A stretch of 64,000 nucleotides of DNA from positions 11,317,160 to 11,381,159 of the forward strand of contig NC_057752.1 in the NCBI RefSeq assembly GCF_004010195.1, written 5' to 3'. The translations under genes were made by a program, and so were the position numbers. Below are positions 50,035 to 62,363 of the stretch, in pieces. Positions within the stretch are counted from its first letter, which is position 1, and each line of letters opens with the position of its first letter. The DNA comes from Chiloscyllium plagiosum. Lineage: Eukaryota. A model generated the notes under the pieces. That model was given only the letters and a program-made list of their open reading frames with translations. It made no database searches and had not been told where the DNA came from.

Positions 50035-51690
50035 CTATTTGCCTGTGTTTGGTTCATATCCCTCCATACTTATATCCCATCCATGTATCTGTCCAAATGT
50101 TTCTTAAATGACAAAATTCTACTCCTCTCCACCACCTACCTCTGACAGCCTGTTTCAGACAGACGCCACCCTCAGTGGAAAAGAATGCCCACTGGATCCT
50201 TTTGTATCTCTCCCCTCTCAACTTAAACCTATGCCCTCTAGTTTTAGACTCCCCTGCCATGAGGAAAAACTGTTAGCTTATCTATGCCTCTCATGATTTT
50301 ATAGATGAGTATAAGGTCACCCGTCAGTCCCCGACACTCCAGGGAAAACCGCCCCAGCCTATCTAGCCTCTCCTTATAACTCAAACCTTCTAGTTCAGCA
50401 AGTGTCCTAATAAATCTTTTCTGCACTTTTTCTCGTTGAATAATATTCTTTCTGTCGAAAAGCGACCAGAATTACATGTAGAACTCCCTTATCAATGTCT
50501 TGTGCAGCTGCAATAAGATGTCCCAACTCAGTGCTCTGACAAATGAAAGCAAGCATGCTGAAAGCTGCTTTCACCACCCTGTTTACCCATCACTCTATTT
50601 GCAAGGAGCTATGACCCTGAAACCCCAGATGTCTTCATTCTATAACATTCCATAGGGCCCTACCATTAACTGTGTGAGTCCTGCCCTGGTTTGACCTACC
50701 AAAATGCAACACCCTACATTTATCTAAATTAAACTCCATTAACCATTCCTCAGCCCACTGGCCCACTTGACCAATATCTTGTTGCTTTCCAAGATAACCA
50801 CCTTCACTGTACACTATACCATCAATCGTGGTGTCATCCACAAACTTACTTACCATACCTCCTGAATTCTCATCCAAACTAGTCATATAAATGACAAATA
50901 ACAGTAGACCCAGCACTAATTTCTGTGGCATACTACAGGTCACAGGTTTCCTGTCTGAAAAAATACCCTCTATGACCACCCTCTGTCTTCTACATTAAAG
51001 ACAATTTTATATCCAATTGACTAGCTGTCTCTGGATTCCATGACATTTAACCTTACTCGACAATCTACCATGTTGTACCTTGTCAAAAGCCTTGCTGAAG
51101 TCCATGAAGAGAATGTCTACTGCACTGCCCTCATCTATTTTCTTGATCACCCCTTGAAAAAAACTCAGATTCGTGAGACACTATTTTCCACGCACAAAAC
51201 CATGCTGACTATCCCAAGTGCATCCTTGCTTCTCCAAATACCTGTCGATCCTGTCTCTGAGAATCTCCTCTAAGACGACCACGCAGACATTGGGCTCACC
51301 AGTCTGTAGTTCACAGGCCTTTCCCTGCAGCCTTTCCTAAATAATGATACAACATTGGCCACCGTCCAATCTTCAGACACTTCACCTGATCATGGCTGAT
51401 ATTTTCTCAATCCCATTTTCCTGTCTTTACCCCATTACCTTTGATCCTCTTACTCATCACAAACCTGTCTGTCTCTGTCTTAAATATGCTCAATAACTTG
51501 ACCTCCACAGCCTTCCTCGACAATTACTTCCACAGATTAACCACCTCTGGCTGAAGCAATTTCTCCTCATCTCTAATGGAAACAGCTTCTCCACCTCTGC
51601 TCTATCCAAGCCTCTTAGTATTCTGTAAGTTTCAATCAGATCACCAAGTACAAGTGCAGAGTCCTCAACTGCTCCTCATATGACAATTAT
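50035..51690 (-). mobile_element. CR1 LINE ORF2 fragments
   Basis: LGLLLFVIY..SKFVDDTTIDG..WLMEFNLDKCRVLHFG; QKRFIRTLAELEGLSYKERL. Confidence 0.88.
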
Positions 51691-54218
51691 AAATCAAAGA
51701 GCACTTGATGTAATCCCAGTGTGTTATGTAGAAGTTGGTATTGAAATGTTTGCATCTTCCATATTCTATTTTTTTCCAGCTCTGTCCTCTTGGTCCAATT
51801 TAACTTGTACGTATGTGCATATGATATATTTCAGTGTTTAATAGGTCTTCAGATGCTGATGGGGTCCTTTTGAGATGGAAAAGTGTGGAAGGAATGTGCA
51901 TCACACTTGGTCAGTTCCTCAAAGCTAGCAGGTGCAAACATGCAACTGCAGAGTGACCTTTTCCCTCAACTGGAGTTTGCTTCTGTTGGAAAAAAAATGA
52001 GAGGCTGAAAGTGAATGTTTTTGAAGAGAGTGAGAGCTGTTACCATCATCTCAAACTTTTCAATTATTTCAGGCAGGAATTTCTCCCCCCTCAGTAAAAT
52101 AGGGAACAAGAATCCAGAACAAGTTTGAAAATCAAACACCACCACTTAGGTATGAGTCCTGAAGGAGATAGTCTCCATCAGTTTGAGAATGTGGTGCGCT
52201 GCTGCAGAAAGCCATAGAAACAAATTAATGGTATTTAAAATAGACTGAGGTACTCATCCATTCATAACAGGTTTAAAGTGATATGCTTCCTACCTCTGCA
52301 AATGATTGAGATGTCACACTTGACTCTTAACTAAGCCAGTATTACAAAATGACTTGTCTGACAGTGGAAATTAGCGTTAAGTCACCTTGCTGCAGTCCAC
52401 TTAATAAATTGATAGCTAAGCAACAGGTCTGTAATACTGCATAGAGTTTATTTTAAATTGACTAATCTGCTTGCTTTCAACACTTTGGATCAGTCTGTTC
52501 AGAGATGTTATGACACACCTCTGGAGCAGGTGGGACTTCTTATGCAGCAGTAGAGACACCACCACTTCCACAGAGCACTCCAGCCTAATTTATTATTGGA
52601 AATTGGAATGGGAACCTTACCATGGAGTCCAGATAAACCTGAAAACTGCTGTAACCAGGAAAATCCTGGTTAGACAAAAAAATTAGGAAGCAGATTTGGG
52701 AAAAGATTTGTTAATCCACGAAAGGCCCACAAAAGCAATATTGGCCAAACTGTACCAGAACACCCAGAATTCCTGAGCAGCTCTCAAACTGAATCAGACA
52801 GCACGCAGACAAGGGAATACACCTTCAGCTCCCTTAAGCACCACAGATATCTCCAAAGTCCTAAGGGCAGTTTCACAACCCAGCAATACCAAAACACCAC
52901 AAAGAGCAGGACAGACAGGCACCAGCAAGGACATGCTCCAGGAACAGGACAATGGAAGCACCTCACCACTTCAGAGGAGACATTAACACCTACCTGTGAA
53001 GCTGAATGGAACCATGATACTGTCAGGATGTTGCATTGTGTGAAGGAACAGGACATTCATCTGATAAACTGTTTTACAATTAACATCCTTGCAACTAAAT
53101 TATTCAATTTCCAGAAACATTGTAGTTTCCCATTTCTTAATCAGTGTCATTGTGCAGCATTACTATAAAACTGGTCTCATCCTTGGCTCTGGGATGAGAA
53201 ATTCTGATCTACCTGTACAGACTGTCAGTTCTGTGTTAGCCTAGTCAATTTCTCTTCCAGTGATATAGCTTGCAATAAACTGTTTGTCAATTTCACTTCC
53301 AGCTGTGTTTTGTGATCTCTAACCTATTGGGCAAATTTCTCCGACAGCAGACTAGTGCTATTTGCTCCTAAGCTTAAGGTTTTATTAGCAGTCAACCAAT
53401 AGCAGTGCAAGTGTTCATTCTTTGGGATTCTTAAGCCTAGGTTTTTGTCCACCCAAGCTTTCTCTCTTAGACCGATATCCCACTTACACAAGTCCAGTGT
53501 AGAAAGAAACTACCTATGGCAATTTTTTTAGTGCTTTTGCTTGAAAACTTTAGTCATGTTGATAGTTTGCATGTGCTGAGCATTTGCACTAGCCAAGGAA
53601 AACCATCTAATCTGCTTTGTGTTTAGATGATTCCAGTAGCCATGAAATGTTCTGCCAGCACTGTGTGGCAGGATGTTTTTCAGATTTATACTCGAGTCGT
53701 GGCCTTGTGTTTTCCTCATTGTGATGAGAAAAGTCTGTCACCTTAAAATAAAGAGTTTGAGGCATAATCGCATTTTAACTCTTAAATCTATTGCAGGTGT
53801 TGACCTTGGATTAGGATGTAAGTTTTTAATCTCGCTTGATCTGGGGCAGTACTCAGAGTGCAGTGCAGCACTATTATAAGCTGTTAAAAAGTTAGCCCGT
53901 GTCTGCCTTGTTCAGGTGGGTTTGAAACATCTAGGGTACTGCGTGCAGGAGAACATTAGGTTAACCTAGTTATTCTTGCATTTGCGTTTGTGGTCTCCGC
54001 GCAAAAACAGCTGTAACTTTCACCTGGAGAATGACCAGTGTGCCTCAAAGTAATTAATTGTATGTAGAGAACTGAGATATAATAAATCTTGAGTATAAAG
54101 TGTGCATGTCCGATTGCTTTAATGACTAGTGTAATTCTTTTTTGAAAATGTGCTTGGGAGCAACTGATATAGAACTGCATTCTAGGTATCTGCTCTGTCA
54201 TAGATGTCTGATTCTTTC

Positions 54219-54575
54219 AGTGGCAGCGTTCTTGTCTTTGAGCCTGTAGGTTGTGGGTTGAAGCCTCATTCCAGGAGTCAGGAGCACATAACATAGGACG
54301 GCACTTCAATTAGTACTGGTGGAGTGAAGCCTTTCAGTCGAACGATTAAACTGAATCCCTGTTTCCCTGTGCAAGTGGGTGCAAATGCTTCCTTGCATAT
54401 TTGAAGAGCAAAGAGTTCTCCTGGTGTCCTGGTCATCACTTTTCCTCAAACAATACCAGCAAAATAGTTTGAATACTTATTGCATGTGCTGCTTGTGGTT
54501 GGTACCTTGCTGAGCGCAAATTGCTGCATTTGCTGATGTACATTTCAGAAGTAATTCAGTGTCTAAGTGCTTTCA
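54219..54575 (+). mobile_element. Old DeuSINE-like (SacSINE1/AmnSINE1-related) relic
   Basis: gaagagcaaagagttctcctggtgtcctgg...ttgctgagcgcaaattgctgcatttgc resembles the Deu domain as I recall it; related copies at about 57965-58330 and 58530-58920. Confidence 0.5.
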
Positions 54576-54875
54576 AATTTAAAAAGTTGCAAGTTGCCAT
54601 AAAATGCTATTTTTCTCTCTGCCTCTGACCTAATTGAATACAGTCCTAATCCAAAAATTTATTTTTTGTAAAGATGCCCCCAAGAATTTGTGCTGAGTCA
54701 GTAATTACTATTGTCCTGCTAATGGGAGAATTATTGAACTGATTATCCTATTTATTTGTCCACTCTCATTTCATTTCTCACACCAACGATAATTGGGATC
54801 TAAATTTGCATCAACTTCTCGATGGCTATTGGACGCTTTCAAAAAAATACCACTTCATGCTCTGTACAATTTCAG

Positions 54876-54908
54876 CTCAATAATTCTATTGAATTTTCAC
54901 TAGATTTG
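54876..54908 (+). CDS. TFCP2: Candidate alternative micro-exon of TFCP2, 33 nt (LNNSIEFSLDL)
   Basis: aatttcag| acceptor, consensus TTG|gtaagt donor, length divisible by 3, no stop in phase 0 (matches intron 9 phase); no transcript evidence. Confidence 0.5.
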
Positions 54909-55053
54909 GTAAGTGATTTTTTTTTTCTCATAAGATTTTTTGATTTCTTTCAATTTGTATACAAAGAAACTGTACATGCATGTGTACATGCATCCAAAGT
55001 GAAAATCACTTTTAGGTTTTTGCAGAAGTTCACAAGTAACTTTTTCTTGTCAG

Positions 55054-55119
55054 ACACTGGGAACCTTTCGCAAGTGGGCTTGTCGGGAACTGTCCGTGTC
55101 TCCCGTCTCCGAAAATCAG
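55054..55119 (+). CDS. TFCP2: Candidate alternative cassette exon of TFCP2, 66 nt (TLGTFRKWACRELSVSPVSENQ)
   Basis: taactttttcttgtcag| acceptor, CAG|gtaggg donor, 22 open codons in phase 0, GC/CpG-richer than flanks; no transcript evidence. Confidence 0.5.
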
Positions 55120-55635
55120 GTAGGGGCTTTTGTTGCCAAAGTGCAAACAGACTCAATTTTGAGAGTTACGTTTAATGTTGCCCACAAGCACTGCTCTGAA
55201 GTTGGAGAGAGACCTTTGACCCCTCAATTTTGAGCAATTTAGCAAATGGTCATGTGACCAGAAAAAAAACTGATTCAAGCTATTGCTATTTAAGTGGGAT
55301 TCCAATATATTTAATTATGACTTTTTTGATTTATCATTGTGGCAAAGGATTCCAGTTCTTTCACTCGCCAAATGTTGGGGTGAAGTAGCTAGTGTGGTGA
55401 TATGTTAAATTTTGTATGGAACAATATGGACTGTAGTTTTCCCCTAGTTCGATAGTGCACCAAATGGCTCAGCTTAGCATCAAGGAAAGTCACTGACACC
55501 CATTGGTATGTGTGACTGAGTGACTCCAGTGGAGTTTGCACTCATCTTAGCCAGCTCCTAATGTACTCTTGGGTCATTGTATCTGTGTGTACATTTCAGG
55601 GCTCATGTCTAAGACTTGCAACTTTATTTTTGCAG

Positions 55636-55729
55636 AATCTGTTGCCAACAGCCACACCTCAGGACGCTCAGCAGTGGTTGCACAGAAATCGATTTTCTCC
55701 ATACTGCAGGCTCTTCGCAAACTTCTCTG
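55636..55729 (+). CDS. TFCP2: TFCP2 exon 10 equivalent, 94 nt (start of SAM-like domain)
   Basis: tttttgcag| ... TCTG|gtacct; [31 protein letters not shown](G). Confidence 0.95.
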
Positions 55730-57964
55730 GTACCTTTTGCTTATTAACTTTTATTTGGGTGAAAATATTTAGCACAACTACCTGGGATGCAGGAATTGGT
55801 TGCAACACGTTCCTTTCATCTGGAGGATCTAGGTTTAGATTCAGTTGGGCAAGAAGAAGAAAGTCTTAGATCAAGGATCACCATGCTGCACTATGTTTGC
55901 AGCTTCTGCTAAGTTTCAGTAGTAAAATGCCCACAGCACCAACTTACCTTTTCCAATTTAATGTCAAGTTGCAGTGTTCAGTGGGATTTCAAGAGTGGCT
56001 TGTGTGGAAAATGGGCATGTTGCATTTCATTGCAGGTAAGCACCCCAATGAAGTCCAGATTATGAGGAGAAAGGACACTTGTTAAAGTGCCTGAGTGCCG
56101 CCTAGTAAGATTTTTGTTTAGAAAGGTGTCTAGCCATGGACTGCATAATATTGTCCAAATTGAAAAGAGTAGTGGAGACAAGTAGCTAATACCAAACTCT
56201 GCCTCTTCAAACTATAGGTTTTATTTGGAAGAAACAGTGGCTGAAGGGAAGAAAGGAATTTCAGCTTTAAAGTGAACCTCTGAAAGAATGAGTTTAGAGT
56301 AGATGTATTAGGTTCTAATTTAAACCTCATGAGTCTGAGAGGGGACAGTATAAGTAGTGCTTGGAGCTGAGAAGAGACTAAACCAATGTTGAGTGAACGG
56401 TGACATTAAGTGAGCGACCTGAAAGGTTAAGGTGGGATAGGGAATTAAAAGGCTTGATGTATGCGAAAAGATTTGTTTTCTGCACATTACCAGAAAAGGG
56501 GGAATTACATAGCTCTGGTAGCAGACAAGATGAGCTTAATTCGGACTGCAATTATTTCTTTCTAGACAGTGCGGAGACAAATATAGAAATACAAAATATT
56601 TTTAAGTGAACAGTTATAAGACGTCATCGACTGGAGAAATGTGATGACAATATTCAAAAAGGGTCAACAAGTCAGCAAAAATATTGAACTTTGGTTAGAT
56701 CATGTTTGTATTGTTATGCACAGTACATTTTTTTTAATATTGTAAATAAGGTACGGGCATAGTTTGAAAAAGCACAGAGCTTATGAAATTGATATCCAAA
56801 GTGCGGGTATACTGGTCATCAAGAAAACATAAAATGCAGAATAAAGGGGTGACTTAATAAAGATTTTTAAATGAGTGTTTGATAGTAAAGGCATAGAGAT
56901 GTTTCCATTTAATGGAGTAATCCAAAGCTCGGAGTCTCCAATATATAAAGACAAGATGGTCATTTTGAAACCAAAAGGGAATTTGGGAGAATGAGACTCC
57001 ATGTTCTTGCAAAGTATGAGATAAAATGATAACTTCTGTCCTACATCCCTCTATGATGCGAGGCGAAACTTCCTTGCCCAGAGAGTGGGCAAAATGTGGA
57101 ATTTAGTACCAAATGGAGCGGTTGAAGCAAATAGTGCAGACACATTAAAGATGTAGCTGTGGAACACATGAGGGAGACAAGAATAGGTTATGCTGGTAGG
57201 GTTGGATTGAAAGGAATGTTGGAGATTTGTATAAAATGTTAACATTACCATTGACTAGTTGGAATGAATGGCTGACATGTGCTGTACATTCTATGTAAAA
57301 CTATTCTACCTTCAATGGTTCACACAAGATTGTTGCTACAGGTTCTCTGAGCTCATCTAACTGCTAAACCGTCCTATCTACCAGTTTAGTTGAGTTTGTC
57401 TTGCTCTTGCCCATGATCCAGAGTGCCTCACATATTTGAGCATAATACTTGATGGTTTTGTAGAGAAAATGTTGTAATCTTTGGAGACACTTTGTCAGAA
57501 GAGATGTCAGTCAGGTCTTCTCTGCCTGTTCAGGTGGGTGATACTTGACACTCCAATGGTGTTGGAAGCAGACTACAAAGTAGCCACTATCCTAGCCAAA
57601 GTAGTTTCTCCAGCTAACACTACCAAAACATATTTTGTTTATTCATTTTGTCACGTGACACCTTCTGAAGTGAATGTGCGCAATTGCCTACATAACCAAC
57701 ATATTTCGAAAGTACGGAGTTGAATCAGTTGAATGTAATTTAGGTGCTGTATAAACTCAAGTTTTTATCCCATCTGATACAGAGACTCCAAGGTTTCCAA
57801 TGCTTTGGAAGAGCTCCCTGGTGTTGCCAGAGTTTTGTTGTGGCAGGGGTGGGTAGTTCAGGAAACTGCTTTTGCGTATTCTGCCAAAGAGAACTTTATT
57901 TTAAAAAGGTCTCTGTAGAGCTTGTTCGTGCATTTTGTGTCAACTTTGCACTACTATAAGCATC

Positions 57965-58920
57965 CTTTCCTAAATCAGGAAGTTGTGGGTTGAAGCCCCA
58001 TTCAAAGTACTCTCGCGCCATATAAAAGCGGTGTGTAATGTGTTGTGCCACCTTTCAGATGTGAGGCTAAGTGGTCCCTTGACTGTCAGCTCACATGGCA
58101 TATAAGGTTCCATGGCACTATTAAGAAAGTGGAATTCTCCCCTGGTTAATGTTTGACAACTTGCACTACACAAACACTATTTGTTTTACTTCATTTAGTT
58201 GCTGTTTTTAAGACTTTACTATGCGCAAATTGGCGGCTGCATTTGCTTGCATAATGATTGCACTTCAAAAATTACCCTTGGTTGCAAAGCACTTTGGGCT
58301 ATTTTGAGGGTGTTATGAAGCAGTATATTGAATAACATTCACTGTTCTTTCCATCTTATTGGTTAAGGAGCATCTATAGGTTCGCTGCCGTTGACTGAGC
58401 ACTTGTCTGAACTGATGGAGACTTTGGTTGGTTTGAGAAAGCTGCCATTGACAGTCATCCTTTGTATTCATGTAATGCACCTGATTTCAAAATAAGTTGC
58501 TTGTGAAATAAACTGAGCAATCTGGCTCCACTTTTTCCCATTTACGAGCACTGCCCTACTTTGGAGCATAAGCACATAATCTAGGACTTTTTGTCTGGTT
58601 ATGGGTGATGATTGGATTTTTGGAGTTGCAGCATTACAGCAGCGATGATAGATTCTTGGTCTATCTGTCTAGTTCTATGTGAAATAGACTGCAACACTGT
58701 TGGGAGAACAGGGAGATTTCCCTTTGTCCTGACTAGCATTCTTGCTTCAAACCAACACCACTAAAAAGATTCTTTAATTCGCAGTATGACTATGCGCAAA
58801 TTGACTGCTGCATTTGCTTGCATAGCAACATTGACGGCACTTCAACATTACCTCCTATACAATGAAGCGCAGTGTTTTGCAACATCGTGAGAATGTGATG
58901 AGGTGCGATGTAAATGTGTT
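57965..58920 (+). mobile_element. Two further DeuSINE-like relics
   Basis: Shared actatgcgcaaattg.c.gctgcatttgcttgcata block at about 58218 and 58789. Confidence 0.5.
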
Positions 58921-59830
58921 TTTGCCATCTGGACATACTTTGAAAACTTGAAGTCTTGGATTTTCATCTTTTGCTTTCTCTTTTTTTATTTCCCCTCTTC
59001 TCAATCAGACGAGATTAATGTGAACAATTCTTGAGTTTTTGCTGACTGTCTTCTGAGCTGCTCAGTGAGCCTTCATGTAGAATATATCTTTAGAATTTTA
59101 TTCAAATTGGAAAGGTGGTGGTCACAAAACATGGAGACTTGAGCTTGTTCTTTGAACCTAAAAGTTTTTGGATACAGTTCAAGTGGGATTCATTTTCCAT
59201 TCCAGCATTAAACTGATTTTTTTTTTAAAAATGTAGCTTTTATTTTCCTGGAGGTTGTTTTTGACCATCTCCAGGGGTTAGAAAGGAATATTTCAGGTTT
59301 GGCTACATATTTTTAAATAGCTTCTCAGAGGTTACGTGGTTACAAGGCAAAGTGAAGGTCATTACTATTGGGTTGGCGATCGGTAGACCAACCAGTCTTC
59401 TCTATCCACTTTTTTGGATTTTGTGGAAGAGAGTTAATAATGTGTTCAGGGCAGGTATAGCCCCAAACTGGTATTAATGTAACATGGATTTATATAGATC
59501 TATTGAGGAACATAATTTGTATAATTAGGTGATATTTTTTAAGATAAAATGTTTAAAGTGCTATTTTTACTTGAGTATTTTTTTTGAAGGAAGATACAGT
59601 GGCCTGAACTGGATGAGCAGGAAGTTAACTCTTAAGTATGCTGATCCATGAAGTAACTAACTATGCATACTAATTATGCAACCTGACCAATAATTCTTCC
59701 ATATTTTCCAGTTAGACAAAATCATGGCAGTGTCTCACTGGAGCTTCATGGGATCAGTAGTACTGTGCAAATTTCTTCCGTTTTGCAACACCACCAGAAT
59801 GTTTTGAATTTATATTGCCTCCATCCACAG

Positions 59831-59921
59831 GTGGCGATCTGCTAAAGCTGACGAGAGATGACGTTATCCAAATATGTGGCCCTGCAGATGGAATCCGACT
59901 CTTCAATGCCCTCAAAGGAAG
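59831..59921 (+). CDS. TFCP2: TFCP2 exon 11 equivalent, 91 nt
   Basis: ccacag| ... GGAAG|gtaagt; (G)[29 protein letters not shown](R); this sequence fits TFCP2 better than UBP1 or TFCP2L1 as I recall them. Confidence 0.96.
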
Positions 59922-59979
59922 GTAAGTGTGCCTTGTGTTTCAGCTTCAAATGTATTGTACTAAACATTTTAATGTATAA

Positions 59980-60960
59980 TATAGAACAGTGCAGCACAGG
60001 AACAGGCCCTTCGGCCCATCATATCTGCACCAACCAAGACGCCACCCCTCGCCTCCAACTCTTGTGAAAATAATCCAAGTTTGTTCAACCTCTCCTTATA
60101 GCCAATGCACTTCAAGCCAGGCAACATCTTGGCAAATCTCTTTTGCATCCTCTTCAAAGCTCCCACATACTTTCTGTAATGTGGTGGTCAGAACTGCGCA
60201 CACAGCTCCAAGTGTGACCTCACTAAAACTTTATACAGCTACAATATGACTTGCCAACTTCTATACTCAGTGTCCTGCCCAATAAAGGCAAGCATGTCAC
60301 ATGTCTTCTTTACCACAAGCGGGTTATCCACTTTTGTTGCCACTTCCAGGGAGCTATGGACTTACACCCCAAGATCCCTCTGTTTATCAATACTCCTAAG
60401 GGTCCTGACATTTACTTTCCTCTTGCATTTGACCTCCCAAAATGCATCACCTCACAGTTGTCTGGATTTAAGCCTATCTGCCATTTCTCTGCCCAACTTT
60501 CCAACTAATCTATATCATGCTGTCTTTTGCCAACTTTCATCACTATGCACAGCTCCACCAATTTTCATGTCATCTGCAAACTTACTCATCACATCACCTA
60601 TATTTTCATCCAAATTGAGAGATCTCACCCCCTGATTCTTGCAGGACACCACTGGTCACAGACCCCAGTCAGAAAACCAGCCCTCCACTTCTTCCCTCTG
60701 TTCTCTACGACCAACTCAATTTTGTATCCAACTTACTAGCTCACTGTGAATCCTGTGCAACTTAATCGTCAGGACCTTATCAAATGTTTTAGTAAAGTCC
60801 ATATAGACAACATCCACTGTCCTACCCATGTCGCCATCTTCCAAAAAAAAACACTCGAGCATGTGAGATGAGACCTCCCCTGCATAAAGCTATGCTGATT
60901 ATCCCTACTAAGTCCATTCTCTTCTTTTCCAATGCAAGTAAATCCTGTCCTTAATCTTTT
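59980..60960 (-). mobile_element. CR1 LINE fragment
   Basis: ALKRMQKRFAKMLPGLKCIGYKERLNKLGLFS; SKFADDMKIGG on -. Confidence 0.82.
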
Positions 60961-62049
60961 TCAATAGATATAACCTTATATCTATTACCCTCTTTAAATT
61001 AGGAATCTTAATCTTTATACCTGCACCATTTGAAGTTAATACCACTTATATTCTTGAAACAACTTTCAGCTTCATATAAAAATGCAGGCTGGGAGAGCAG
61101 CTAGCTTGCCTTCAGCTGCCAGTTGAGGATGTTCACATATTCAAAGCATGTATGTTGTTTGAGGTAGCTGTTGCAATACTGCAAGAATACAATTGGATTT
61201 CCAAAAAGTATTCAATAAAGTGCCACATAAGAAAAGTTTTTGCAGAAGGTCAGAGCTCATGGTGTTGGAAATAATAGCGCAGAAAAAGGATTCGCTAACT
61301 ACCGGGCAACGAAATTAGGATGATTGAGTCATTTTCATGTTAACAAATGCACTATAGTAGAGTGACTCAGGGATCAGTGTTAGGGCTTCAGATACTTAGA
61401 ATCGACTAATGACTTGCATGTAGTGACCAACTCTTTTGTAGCCAGGTTTGTTGCTGATACAGAGATAAGTAGGAAAGCAAGTTGCGAAAAGGTAGATTGT
61501 TAGAGGTCTGTGTGCCATGGTGATGGTGAGATATGTGGCAGAATTGGACAAGATATCCAGTGATGCTTATCTCAATGTCGGAAGCATCCCACTTCATGTT
61601 TTATCTTTTTTGCTGAATGAGGCATTCACCAGGCAGTGGAGGATTATAACTTAATAATCAACTTGTTGACAGCTGAATATGCCTCTCAATATTCAGCTTC
61701 CTATCTTACCAAGCGTACCAAACAAGCTAGCCATTGTGAAATCTCTCCATGGATGTCAGAGCAGAAATCGGCCATGGAGTGTGTGACCAGCCTCCATGTT
61801 GCTCTTGGGACACAATCCATGGGTACCAGTTAAGTGTACTTCTTGTCCACAGGCACTGCCATCTGATGGGTGCCAAGAGGGCAATTCTCTGATCTACTTG
61901 CTGGATACTCTGGGAGCACAGACCTGCATCAGAGTGCTCCACCAACAAACATTGAAAGGCTGTTGCAAGTACACTTTGCACACAGACACAGGCACCCAGC
62001 TCACAGATTAGACCAAGCTGCATCTGAAGGCTGCTCATTTACGGTGGCA

Positions 62050-62363
62050 GTGGGCAGCACGGTGGCACAGTGGTTAGCACTGCTGCCTCACAGCGCCAGA
62101 GACCCGGGTTCAATTCCCACCTCAGGCGACTCTCTGTGTGGAGTTTGCACATTCTCCCTGTGTCTGCGTGAGTTTCCTCCAGGTGCTCCGGTTTCCTCCC
62201 ACAGTCCAAAGATGTGCAGGTTAGGTGAATTGGCCATGCTAAATTGCCCGTAGTGTTAGGTGTAGGGGAATGGGTCTGGGCGGGTTGCTCTTCGGAGGGT
62301 CGGTGTGGACTTGTTGGGCTGAAGGGCCTGTTTCCACACTAAGTAATCTAAAAGGTAATCTAA
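62050..62363 (+). mobile_element. Full-length HE1-like SINE
   Basis: A and B boxes tggcacagtgg / ggttcaattcc; tail aagtaatcta. Confidence 0.88.

Noticed and set aside
52073..52149. Possible exon (ttcag|...ttag|gtatga)
   Set aside because: 77 nt, not frame-preserving, with an early stop in phase 0; no other support, though a poison exon cannot be excluded
52650..53346. Solo LTR (TATA-like, aataaa, ends in ACA)
   Set aside because: Could not define a matching 5' TG end or a TSD, so it is not supportable as a feature
55026..55119. Upstream alternative acceptor for the 66-nt candidate exon
   Set aside because: Adds 28 nt and breaks the reading frame
55730..59830. Intron 10 as a U12-type intron
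   Set aside because: Donor GTACCTTT differs from the U12 consensus GTATCCTT, and no TCCTTAAC-like branch site precedes the acceptor
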